DNA of 64,000 bases from positions 186,001 through 250,000 of the forward strand of contig NIVC01001177.1 of NCBI GenBank assembly GCA_002269645.1, in the 5' to 3' direction. Origin of the DNA: Macrostomum lignano. Its lineage: Eukaryota. The first letter of the stretch is position 1, and the number at the start of each line of letters is the position of its first letter. The notes beneath the pieces were generated by a model, which worked only from the letters and a program-made list of their open reading frames with translations, searched no databases and was not told the DNA's origin. Both the position numbers and the translations under genes were made by a program. This document shows, piece after piece, positions 38,276 through 52,019 of the stretch.

Positions 38276-38984
38276 TGGATAGACTATTGCTTGGAGCACA
38301 TCATTAATAATTCTGATTTAATGATACATCGCATCAATATGTGTAATCACATCAGGTTTAAAACCATAATTTCACCTGTCAAAGTTATTCATTAACTGTT
38401 GCACCGAAGCTGAGAGACTGAGAGCTGACCGGAAAATGAATCAAATTGACATCGTTAAGTTCGAATCGCTCCTAACGCCTTTATACGATTTGGTTCTCGC
38501 TCTATTTTCTTGTCAAAAATCTTGTATTTCCGAGAAAATTTGGGTTTACAAGAAAGACGGCGGCTAGCAACAAGCCCATGCACGAAGCGACTGAGGCATT
38601 TACTATGGACCTAATCGAGCGAATAAAATTGAGCTCGAAATTCGCTGGGTGATCTTTGGCTACCAGCTCCCCTTCTCCCTTGTTCCTGCCCGCACCGCAC
38701 ACCTTTGCGCAAAGCACCGCAATTATCTCAGACTGGAGCTTCTGAGCTGTTTCATACGGCACGGACCCTGGATTCTGAGCTGCCAAATGGCACTCTTGCT
38801 CAGTCAACTGCCAACTCATTAGTCTGTACACTTTAACTCCCAACCCTCTGTCGCCTATCTACGGTTGAACACTTCCAAAATAATAAGTAATGTGCTCTAA
38901 TTATAAGACAATGGTGTCTGCTAATAGAATATTGAGTTTCCATGAATTTTATTTGGCGTCTTCTAGTAGAAACATATAAGAATC

Positions 38985-40940
38985 TCACTCCAGTAGAATC
39001 TCACCCCAGTAGAATCTCATCCTAGTTGAATCTCATCCAAATAGAATCTCACCTTTCTAGAATCTCACCCCAGTATAATCTCACTCCAGTAGAATCTCAC
39101 TCCAGTAGAATCTCGTCCCAGTAGAATCTCACTCCAGTAGAATCTCGTCCCAGTAGAATCTCACCCCAGTAGAATCTCACTCCAGTAGAATCTCACCCCA
39201 GTAGAATCTCACCCCAGTAGAATCTTACCCCAGTAGAATCTCACTCCAGTAGAATCTCGTCCCAGTAGAATCTCGTCCCAGTAGAATCTCACTCCAGTAG
39301 AATCTCACCCCAGTAGAATCTCATCCTAGTTGAATCTCATCCAAATAGAATCTCACCTTTCTAGAATCTCACTCCAGTATAATCTCACCCCAGTATAATC
39401 TCACCCCAGTAGAATCTCACCCCAGTAGAATCTCACCCCAGTAGAATCTCACTCCAGTAGAATCTCACCCCAGGAGAATCTCACCCCAGTAGAATCTCAC
39501 TCCAGTAGAATCTCACCCCAGTAGAATCTCACCCCAGTAGAATCTTACCGCAGTAGAATCTCACCCCAGTAGAATCTCACCCCAGTAGAATCTCACCCCA
39601 GTATAATCTCACTCCAGTAGAATCTCACCCCAGTAGAATCTCACTCCAGTAGAATCTCGTCCCAGGAGAATCTCACCCCAGTAGAATCTCACCCCAGTAG
39701 AATCTCACCCCAGTATAATCTCACCCCAGTAGAATCTCACCCCAGTAGAATCTCACTCCAGTAAATCTCGTCCCAGGAGAATCTCACCCCAGTAGAATCT
39801 CACTCCAGTAGAATCTCACTCTAGTAGAATCTCACCCCAGTAGAATCTCACTCCAGTAGATTCTCACCCCAGTAGAATCTCACTCCAGTAGAATCTCACC
39901 CCAGTACAATCTCACCCGAGTAGAATATCATCCTAGTAGAATCTCACCTTTCTAGAATCTCACCCTAGTAGACTCTCACCACAGTAGAGTCTCACCTCAG
40001 TAGAATCTCACCCCAGTTGAATCTCATCCCAATAGAATCTCAGCTTTCTAGAATCTCACCCCAGTATAATCTCACCCCAGTAGAATATCATCTTAGTAGA
40101 ATCGCACCTTTCTAGAATCTCACCCTAGTAGACTCTCACCCCAGTAGAATCTCACCCCAGTAGAATATCATCTCAGTAGAATCTCATCCCAATAGAATCT
40201 CAGCTTTCTAGAATCTCACCCCAGTATAATCTCACCCCAGTAGAATATCATCTTAGTAGAATCGCACCTTTCTAGAATCTCACCCTAGTAGACTCTCACC
40301 CCAGTAGAATCTCACCCCAGTAGAATATCATCTCAGTAGAATCTCATCCCAATAGAATCTCAGCTTTCTAGAATCTCACCCCAGTATAATCTCACCCCAG
40401 TAGAATATCATCTTAGTAGAATCGCACCTTTCTAGAATCTCACCCTAGTAGACTCTCACCCCAGTAGAATCTCACCCCAGTAGAATATCATCTCAGTAGA
40501 ATCTCATCCCAATAGAATCTCAGCTTTCTAGAATCTCACCCCAGTATAATCTCACCCCAGTAGAATATCATCTTAGTAGAATCGCACCTTTCTAGAATCT
40601 CACCCTAGTAGACTCTCACCCCAGTAGAATCTCACCCCAGTAGAATATCATCTCAGTAGAATCTCATCCCAATAGAATCTCAGCTTTCTAGAATCTCACC
40701 CCAGTATAATCTCACCCCAGTAGAATATCATCTTAGTAGAATCGCACCTTTCTAGAATCTCACCCTAGTAGACTCTCACCCCAGTAGAATCTCACCCCAG
40801 TAGAATATCATCTCAGTAGAATCTCATCCCAATAGAATCTCAGCTTTCTAGAATCTCACCCCAGTATAATCTCACCCCAGTAGAATATCATCCTAGTAGA
40901 ATCTCACCTTTCTAGAATCTCACCCTAGTAGAATCTCACC
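38985..40940. repeat. 16-bp minisatellite (AGTAGAATCTCACCCC) with a 160-bp higher-order repeat in the right half
   Basis: ATCTCATCCCAATAG recurs at 40021, 40181, 40341, 40501, 40661, 40821. Confidence 0.96.
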
Positions 40941-41529
40941 AATTTGATCCTCGAATTGCCTATCATAGCTAACATAGATAAAAATTAAAAAGTGTACTGA
41001 ATTGATCATTGGAAAAAATCGAAACCATAAATTTGTCTTTGTTTAGCCTCGAAGCCTAAACAACAATTGTACCTTTTTCATTTGACAAAAATAGTGACGG
41101 TTGGCTCCACACGGTCTTTTGACTCTTGACTATTAACGAAAAAGTTATTATGTCCATAAAAAGCCACAGAATTGCACAAAGTCGATTTCTGTCAAAAAAT
41201 AACATCAAATCAAATGAGTAACAGTTGAAAAAACCGGCCCGCCCACAAGCACTCTCGGAATGGGACAGATGTGTAGAAAAAAGTGTTCTGAATTACACGC
41301 TTGGCTACAAGTTTTGGGCTTTGAAGTTTCACTGCCTGCCCCGGTCTGTGAGAGCATTTTTTATCCGTTTGATTTACCGAGTCAGAGGTGGGCGGTGAAG
41401 TTATCTTTGTGCTTGCTTGAATTACAGTGTTGGCAATAAAGATCCTATCTAGCCTAATCATCTCCGGTGCCTTCTCACACCCCCTGTGCCGTTCACCTCT
41501 CTTACTGCCCCATCCATTCCCTTGAATTC

Positions 41530-42625
41530 CTCTCTCCCCTCTCTCTCCCTCTCCGCTCTGTTCCACTCTCTCCTGTCTCTCCCTTCTCTTCCCTCTCTCC
41601 CTTCTCTCCCTTCTCTTCCCTCTCTCCCTTCTCTCCCTTCTCTTCCCTCTCTCCCTTCTCTTCCCTCTCTCCCTTCTCTTCTCATTCTCCCCTCTCTCCC
41701 CTCTCTCCCTTCTCTCCCCTCTCTCCCTTCTCTTCCCTCACTCCCTTCTCTTCTCACTCTCCTTTCTCTTCCCTCTCTTTCTTCTCTCCCCTCTCTCCAT
41801 TTTCTTCTCACTCTCCCATCTCTTCCCTCTCTCCCATCTCTTCCCTCTCTCCCTTCTCTTCTTACTCTCCCTTCTTTTCCCTCTCTCTCTTCTCTTCCCT
41901 CACTCCCTTCTCTTCCCTCTCTTTCTTCTCTCCCCTCTCTCCCTTCTCTCCCCTCTCTCCCTTCTCTTCCCTCACTCCCTTCTCTTCTTACTCTCCCATC
42001 TCTTCCCTCTCTCTCATCTCTTCCCTCTCTCCCTTCTCTTCCCTCTCTCCCATCTCTTCCCTCTCTCCCTTCTCTTCTCACTCTCCTTTCTCTTCCCTCT
42101 CTCTCTTCTCTTCCCTCACTCCCTTCTCTTCCCTCTCTTTCTTCTCTTCCCTCTCTCCCTTCTCTTCTCATTCTCCCCTCTCTCCCCTCTCTCCCTTCTC
42201 TCCCCTCTCTCCCTTCTCTTCCCTCACTCCCTTCTCTTCTCACTCTCCTTTCTCTTCCCTCTCTTTCTTCTCTCCCCTCTCTCCATTTTCTTCTCACTCT
42301 CCCATCTCTTCCCTCTCTCCCATCTCTTCCCTCTCTCCCTTCTCTTCTTACTCTCCCTTCTTTTCCCTCTCTCTCTTCTCTTCCCTCACTCCCTTCTCTT
42401 CCCTCTCTTTCTTCTCTCCCCTCTCTCCCTTCTCTCCCCTCTCTCCCTTCTCTTCCCTCACTCCCTTCTCTTCTTACTCTCCCATCTCTTCCCTCTCTCC
42501 CATCTCTTCCCTCTCTCCCTTCTCTTCCCTCTCTCCCATCTCTTCCCTCTCTCCCTTCTCTTCCCTCTCTCCCTTCTCTCCCCTATCTCCCTTCTCTCCC
42601 CTCTCTCCCTTCTCTCCCCTCTCCA
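41530..42625. repeat. Near-pure polypyrimidine (CT-rich) low-complexity tract with internal longer duplications
   Basis: Directly visible. Confidence 0.95.
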
Positions 42626-43245
42626 TCACCCACCTACCACCTACGGACAACTAATTTTTAGTATATACTCGTAGGAAGTAGCCTAAAAACAAATTTAAAC
42701 CAGGTTGTAACAGAGCAACCGCAGTCTATACAGAAATTCAAACAATGGAATGATTAACTACCAACCTACTCAAAATTGTCAAATATCTGTCATCGCAATC
42801 CGAGACAAATCCCCTAGCAATAAAATAGCTTAGTTACCAAGTTGCCTCGAGTCAAATGTTTTCCAAGATCTTTAATGCTCTTCAAAGCCTCCGGGTCCTT
42901 TCAGCAAAAATTCAGCAACAAGGTATTGAGCTCTCAGATTGCTGACATAACACCTCTCGATTTGTATCCAAGGCGCATTATATTCTTAAATGGATTTTAT
43001 ATTACCAAAGAATTGCCTGTCCAAGACTAAAAATTTTATACGAAGGCTTATTGTCAACCCTGAAGTCATAAACTTGTCCGACATACTTAATAGGTGATTT
43101 TTTACGCACACCCGAACTTAATCTTGTTTTACTTGACACCTTCATGCTGGTTTAGGGAAATCCTGTTTTTTTAATTGGCCTTTATCAGTGCTGAGCATTA
43201 GTTGTGTTGCTGATTTGCAGAACAAACATTATAATTAGCTGTTTA

Positions 43246-43990
<745 letters not shown>

Positions 43991-45120
43991 TCTGTTTACA
44001 TACCCAATCCCTTGATCTCTTTCCCCCGAACAGGTTATCAACAACATTAAGAAAATTGATCCAGTTGCTCCTGAGCAAACAGGAACCAAAACTTTGGGGG
44101 ATTGTCAGTCAGCTCAGGTAGCAAAGAAAAAAAATCAAAATGTTTGTTTATAATTTCGAGGATTTTCCGTTTCATTTTCACTTTCATGAGCGCCGACCAT
44201 ACAGATGCCGGCCTGCCTTCATCAGTTTGAGCAGCCGCCCCCCCCCCTCGGGGGAAAACGTTAAAACAAACACAGAACACCACAGCTCACAGCTCAACCA
44301 ACAGCAAACAGGTAGCACTAATGGACCTCAGTAAGCACGCAACAGTCTTACTTACTAAAGGTTTCGAAATTTCAATTTCAATTTTGATACACAGTGAAAT
44401 GTGCCATCTCAAGATATGACACCACACTGGCACAGCACGCCCTATAATACATAAACATTGCTTGCAATAAATGTGCGAAAACAGGGACTGGCTGTTGCGC
44501 AACCGTACAGACTAAATTATGGACCAACACAATTTGTTTTACAACACTGAGATATTCATACCGGAACGAATGCACCCATCAGCAGCAGCGCCAAGTTTGT
44601 ATAATCCGCAATGAACCCCCTCCCCAGAATTCGCGCCTAACTTTCTTAGCGAGAACAACTTCTGGCCTTCATCAGCCATTGTTCTCTCACTGCCCGCACT
44701 GTTGCGTCACAGATGAATGCCATCTTAAACACTGCTATGCTCGATGTGTCATTTGCGATTGTTAAGACAGAATTCGCGTGGACCCTATTCGACACCCACG
44801 GCTTGATGTGTGTGTTTTTCTAATCCTTTGACACTCAATTTCAATTTGTCTTGCGCTCGTCAGCGTATTTGCGAACAAATTTTCGGCTTAAAGCTGACAC
44901 TGATATTAGTTAGCCTGAAGCTGGGATTTCATAACTTGAAACTGTTTAATGGTGAAGGGTCTGCATCCTTTGTGGCTCTGCGCTCTTGGCTAGGGATTTT
45001 AGAGAATTCAGTAGCTTGAAATAAACAAATATATTTCGCTAATTTTCTCTCAACAATGTAAGCTCTTAATTGTATGAGTATAGAATTATTAAAACTTTGA
45101 GCCTTCAATTGTATCCACAT

Positions 45121-45609
<489 letters not shown>

Positions 45610-46204
45610 TCAGACACACAGGCAGGCTAATTATTTCCCATATATCCCTCACACTGTAACGGCAGCGCACACTCGCTATGATTGCGCAGTCAATCCAGTC
45701 GCACAGATGCGAACTTCACTCATCCATCCGAGGCAGAGCATTGTTCTCTCCGCGAGCTCAATCGAGTCTATTAATTGCTCGCCGAAGTGGAACGCAGTGA
45801 AATCTGCTCGGTGCAGGCCAGCTTAGCCGTGAATGCAAGCAACAATCGAGCTCCGATGTCAGCTGGCCATTTTCGATGCCTCGCACGGTCGGCAGTTGGA
45901 ACTCTTAATCGTCTCCATCCATCCGCCTTCCTGTTCTCCCCTGTTCTCATTGTCCAATATTGTGTTGCTATGCTCACAAAATCTCGCTAAGCTATATATA
46001 CAGAGGGATTTTACAGCTATGCAGTCTGCATTTGAATGCTTAAAACGGGTTGGCTTTTGTGTGCAGGCCTTTTGCAGAGTTAATGCTCCGCCGTTGTATC
46101 TTTTTTGTTCGGTATGCGTTTGGCGGCTCTCCAAAACTTGGGGGTTGACATGAAATATTTTAATCATATTTATCAGTTCTATGCACATATTGCACTATGC
46201 ACAT

Positions 46205-46690
46205 TTGAAACCATTTTAGCGCCATTTAGACTAATTTTGGCGCTATTTGAATCCATTTTGGCGCCATTTGGATTCATTTTGGCGCTATTTAGATTCATTT
46301 TGGGCGCTATTTAAACTTATTTTGGCACCATTAAGATTCATTTTAGCGCCATTTAGATTCATTTTGGTGCTATTAAGATTCACTTTGACGCCATTAGGAT
46401 TCATTTTGGCGCCATTTGGATTCATTTTGGAGCCATTTGGATTCATTTTGGCGCCATTTGGATTCATTTTGGAGCCATTTGGATTCATTTTGGCGCCATT
46501 TGGATTCATTTTGGCGCCATTTAGATCCATTTTGACGCCAAATTAGATTTATTTTGGCGCCATTTGGATCCATTTTGGCGCCATTTAGATCCATTTTGAC
46601 GCCATTTAGATCCATTTTGGCGCCATTTAGATTCATTTTGGCGCCATTTAGATCCATTTTAGCGCCATTTAGGGCCATTTAAAATCATTT
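46205..46690. repeat. 21-bp repeat (TTTTGGCGCCATTTGGATTCA)
   Basis: Directly visible. Confidence 0.93.
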
Positions 46691-47214
46691 TTGGCGCCTA
46701 TTTCAATTTTAAATTGCCTCGTGAAGCGGTTTTGTAGAACAGAAAATTTTAGAAAATATTTTAAATACCGTCATATCGAGCTGCTCATTTCCCTAAACAG
46801 CCCGCTACCGGGATCAAGCAGAGCATGTACATATGAAGATAAGTTCGAGCACCCGTCAAAAGAATCAAGTTTTTTTTTTAATCTCTGACAGCTTCACTTG
46901 ACGAGGGTCCAGTTTCACTAAGCAGAAATGGGTTGGCTGGGTGGAAGCATTCCTACAATGTGCCATTCTATAGAAATGACTGACAGCTAAATCAACTATA
47001 GAGAGTTCTTAAAAAACTTTTTATGCTGTCCAAAACTTGGGTCAAAGTCTGGCCAACTAAAACAACAATTGATGCTAAAAATGGATGAAACAGCTCTAAA
47101 GATCCTTGTTCTAGTCTTAGTCTTATAGTCTTTGTTTGCTATATTTCGTATCGAATTTTCATTGCGAAATTAATAGTCTTTAATTGAATTCTTTCTTAAA
47201 TTTAGGCAGAAGCC

Positions 47215-48677
47215 TATGAATATTGGCGCCTCCAGCCCATAGACATTGGCGCTATACTTCCTAAACTCCCATCAATATTGGCGTCACCCACTCTGAACTG
47301 CCATAGACAGTGGCGCCACCCACTCTGAACTGCCATAGACACTGGCGCCACCCACTCCGAACTGCCATAGACACTGGCGCCACCCACGCTGAACTCCCAT
47401 AGACAGTGGCGCCGCCTACCCTGAAGTCCCATAGACACTGGCGCCACTCACTCTGAACTGCCATAGACACTGGCGCCACCCACGCTGAACTCCCATAGAC
47501 AGTGGCGCCGCCTACCCTGAAGTCCCATAGACACTGGCGCCACTCACTCTGAACTGCCATAGACACTGGCGCCACCCACTCTGAACTCCCATAGACAGTG
47601 GCACCACCTACCCTGAAGTCCCATAGACAGTGGCGCGCCACCCACTCTGAACTGCCATAGACACTGGCGCCACCCACTCTGAACTGCCATAGACAGTGGC
47701 GCCACCCACTCTGAACTCCCATAGACAGTGGCACCACCTACCCTGAAGTCCCATAGACAGTGGCGCCACCCACTCTGAACTGCCATAGACACTGGCGCCA
47801 CCCACTCTGAACTGCCATAGACACTGGCGCCACCCACTCTGAACTGCCATAGACAGTGGCGCCACCTACCCTGAAGTCCCACAGACAGTGGCGCCACCCA
47901 CTCTGAACTGCCATAGACACTGGCGCCACCCACGCTGAACTCCCATAGACAGTGGCGCCGCCTACCCTGAAGTCCCATAGACACTGGCGCCACTCACTCT
48001 GAACTGCCATAGACACTGGCGCCACCCACGCTGAACTCCCATAGACAGTGGCGCCGCCTACCCTGAAGTCCCATAGACACTGGCGCCACTCACTCTGAAC
48101 TGCCATAGACACTGGCGCCACCCACTCTGAACTCCCATAGACAGTGGCACCACCTACCCTGAAGTCCCATAGACAGTGGCGCCACCCACTCTGAACTGCC
48201 ATAGACACTGGCGCCACCCACTCTGAACTGCCATAGACACTGGCGCCACCCACTCTGAACTGCCATAGACAGTGGCGCCACCCACTCTGAACTCCCATAG
48301 ACAGTGGCACCACCTACCCTGAAGTCCCATAGACAGTGGCGCCACCCACTCTGAACTGCCATAGACACTGGCGCCACCCACTCTGAACTGCCATAGACAC
48401 TGGCGCCACCCACTCTGAACTGCCATAGACAGTGGCGCCACCTACCCTGAAGTCCCACAGACAGTGGCGCCACCCACTCTGAACTCTCATAGACACTGGC
48501 GCCACCCACTCTGAACTGCCATAGACACTGGCGCCACCCACTCTGAACTCCCATAGACACTGGCGCCACCCACTCTGAACTCCCATAGACAGTGGCGCCA
48601 CCCACTCTGAACTCCCATAGACATTGGCGCCACCCACTCTGAACTGCCATAGACACTGGCGCCACCCACTCTGAACT
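47215..48677. repeat. 32-bp minisatellite (CCATAGACACTGGCGCCACCCACTCTGAACTG), about 45 copies, with internal block duplications
   Basis: 32-bp period verified at 47761/47793. Confidence 0.96.
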
Positions 48678-49404
48678 GAACAGATGTAGAAATGTGCACC
48701 CAAAAGGCCAATACATGCACACAGTTGGTTTTTAGAAAGTCCCGTCAGTCCCAGATAAGACAGCCAATTATTCCTATAATTGCGTGCTAAATAGTTGTTA
48801 AATCCAATCTACACAAATCGAATATAAGCCAAATTCCAATCGAACATCTTCTAACCACACTAACTATATTCTATCTATATTCAGTTGGTTGGTCAGTCCA
48901 GTTAAATACGCCCCGAGGGATGTTGGCTGAATAACGGAGACAATGCAAGCGATCCCGTTCTATTCATTCCACTTTTACATTCCATATATTTGATCAAAAT
49001 CTGAAATATGAAGATTTTGTTAAAACACGAACAAAACCAACCAGTTCCTATCCTTAGCATGCGTTCTTGACTTTTCACTTTGCATGACTTGAAAATATTA
49101 ATATAGGGATAGTACAATACAGAGTGTAACATGTGGCCTGCGGTTCTTTATCAGTCATTATCATAAAAAATAGTCCCAGTAATTATCCCGAGTGCGGACC
49201 TTGTATAGCTCGTGAAAATTATAGAACTGCCCCTGTTGAAAAAAGTAAAATTATAATTTTTTTCAAGCATGCAGCTACAGTTGTACAACATTTGATAACT
49301 TTCTAAAATTAGAGCAATTATTTGGTATGGGATGCATGAAGCATAGAATTAGGCGAAATTCAGATAGGTGTGTGAGATATGCTTGAAGTGAGGATGGGAT
49401 ATAT

Positions 49405-50215
49405 TTAGCTGTAGTGTGGGATAGGTTCTGTAGTGTGGGATCGATTCTGCAGAGAGTGTGGGATAGAGTGTGGGTCTATTCTGTAGTGTGGGTTAGAGAG
49501 TGTGGGATCTATTCTGTAGTGTGGGTTAGAGAATGCGGGATCTATTCCGTAGTGTGAGATAGAGAGTGTGGGATCTATTCTGTAATGTAGGATTGAGAGT
49601 GTGGGATCTATTCTGTAGTGTGGGATAGAGAGTGTGGGATCTATTCTGTAGATGGTTTGGGATCGATTCTGTAGAGGGTGTGGGATCGATTCTGTAGAGG
49701 GTGTGGGATCGATTCTGTAGAGGGTGTGGGATAGATTCTGTAGAGTGTGTGGGATTGATTCTGTAGAGGGTGTGGGATAGATTCTGTAGAGGGTGTGGGA
49801 TAGATTCTGTAGAGGGTGTGGGATAGATTCTGTAGAGAGTGCGGGATAGATTCTGTAGAGGGTGTTGGATAGATTCTGTAGAGTGTGTGGGATTGATTCT
49901 GTAGAGGGTGTGGGATAGATTCTGTAGAGGGTGTGGGATAGATTCTGTAGAGGGTGTGGGATAGATTCTGTAGAGGGTGTGGGATAGATTCTGTAGAGAG
50001 TGCGGGATAGATTCTGTAGAGGGTGTGGGATAGATTCTGTAGAGGGTGTGGGATAGATTCTGTAGAGAGTGCGGGATAGATTCTGTAGAGGGTGTGGGAT
50101 AGATTCTGTAGAGGGTGTAGGATAAATTCTGTAGAGGGTGTGGGATAGATTCTGTAGAGGGTGTGGGATAGATTCTGTAGAGGGTGTAGGATAGAGAGTG
50201 TGGGACTATGCAGAG
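49405..50215. repeat. 23-bp repeat (GGGATAGATTCTGTAGAGGGTGT) with a degenerate left part
   Basis: Period verified at 49921/49944. Confidence 0.93.
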
Positions 50216-50794
50216 ATTTCCATAAGCGTGGCTGGGCGCCTGAACTAAATTTGATTCAGTAAAATAGAATTAAAAAAATTTTCATTTCTCAAAGCTAACA
50301 AAAAAAGTTGCATCATCCTAGGCTGAAAATTTTTAAACCAACGGGTGCTAATGAAGGTAAGTCATATTTTCCAATTTTATCATGGAAGTTTCACTTTGAT
50401 GAGTTTGATCAATTGAATAATTAGAGGCATATTTGTCCCAATAACATTTCTTTGTTAATTTAATAAAGCATTTTTCACATTTGTATTATTGCACTTTTTT
50501 ATTCATATTCATAGTCATAGGTAAAAAGTGAGCAATATTAGCTAAATCTGAGCATTGCAATGCTATTAGGGCAATTATATTCCAATAATGGCAAGCATTC
50601 CGATTTTTCTGACCATTTAGCAAAAGCAATTTAGCATGGCTCATGACTGTGTACAACTATTTTATTTGTTGCCATGGTGGTTGAGATTTACGCGTGTAAA
50701 AATGCCTCGAAAGAATTTTTTGGATGCAAAATTGAAGATAGGCGCAATTCACTGTCTCGAAAATGGCGATATAAATGTAGCCAGTAGAAGCGCC

Positions 50795-51260
50795 ACTAGA
50801 CTTTATAAAAACGCCACTAGACTTTTTAGAAGCGCCACTAGAAATGCCACTAAAGGCGCCATTAGAAGCGCCACTAGAAGCGCCACTAGGAGCGCCCACT
50901 AGGAGCGCCCACTAGGAGCGCCCACTAGGAGCGCCCACTAGGAGCGCCACTAGAAGCGCCACTAGGAGCACCACTAGAAGCACCACTAGAAGCGCCACTA
51001 GAAGCGCCACTAGGAGCGCCCACTAGGAGCGCCCACTAGGAGCGCCACTAGAAGCGCCACTAGAAGCACCACTAGAAGCACCACTAGAAGCGCCACTAGA
51101 AGCGCCCACTAGGAGCGCCCACTAGGAGCGCCCACTAGGAGCGCCCACTAGGAGCGCCACTAGAAGCGCCACTAGAAGCACCACTAGAAGCGCCACTAGA
51201 AGCGCCACTAGGAGCGCCCACTAGGAGCGCCCACTAGAAGCGCCACTAGAAGCGCCACTA
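50795..51260. repeat. 12/13-bp repeat (GCGCCACTAGAA / GCGCCCACTAGGA)
   Basis: Directly visible. Confidence 0.93.
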
Positions 51261-51674
51261 TGAGCAACATGTTTAATTTCTCATACAGCCGTGAGAACTA
51301 AGAAGAAGACACTAAATGATTGATTCAGACTTTATCAGATCGCACTTTATTGTCAACAGCCTTTGACTTCCTATCGTCTACTTCACTTTCACGAATATGA
51401 ATCTTGCTAATGCCCTGACAGACAAGATATAGTGCTAATTCTCATATTAAATTTGTTTTATTAAAACAACTTATCAACTCATCAGCATTAACAGATGTCT
51501 TTTGAGTCAAGTCTACTGTTGCTTAAGTCCCTGCAATGACTCAGACCAGATCGGACTATACATAAACTCAATCTGTTAATCCTGTGCGAAACCAGGATGT
51601 CAGAGGGGTCAGCAGACCCCAACCCATGTAAAGCCTGGCTAATGGTAAAGGTAGTTCGCCATAACAAAGACTGG

Positions 51675-51898
51675 CCAATAAGAACGACTCATAGCGGGCC
51701 TCTCATTGGCTGCGACCTCGGAGACTCCTCTGATCCCCCTCCAAACTTGAGAACTCAACTCTCCCCCTACTCACTCAGACCCGCCCAGCACCCTCCCTCG
51801 GTTTTGTCAGCAAATATAATGGGGTGTTGGGTTTTGAGTTTTGAGTACAGAAAAGCCTGCCCTATATAAACTATAGTGTTGGAGTCATTGCTTCAGTC
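51675..51898 (+). promoter_or_regulatory. Putative TFAP2 core promoter: CCAAT boxes, TATA box, initiator
   Basis: CCAAT 51675-51679, ATTGG 51705-51709, TATATAAA 51863-51870, TCAGTC 51893-51898 about 30 nt downstream; ATG at 52020. Confidence 0.65.
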
Positions 51899-52019
51899 TC
51901 AATACAATCTCATAATCATAATTCTATTTTTTTCATTTATTCAGACAAAAGTCTCAAGCTATAGGCTGTTATTTCTCCGTGCAAGAAAAGTCAAGCCTTA
52001 AGTTTATAGTTGATACGAT

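Noticed and set aside
38502-38843. 113-aa minus-strand ORF as a gene or SDR exon
   Set aside because: The SDR is complete at 33757; the ORF starts with TTG and has no recognisable motif.
42700-42950. Faint resemblance to a hAT transposase segment (RATAV...KIFNALQSLRVLSAKIQQQ)
   Set aside because: Too short and stop-ridden, with no TIRs or other motifs; it cannot be separated from chance or a host exon without an HMM search.
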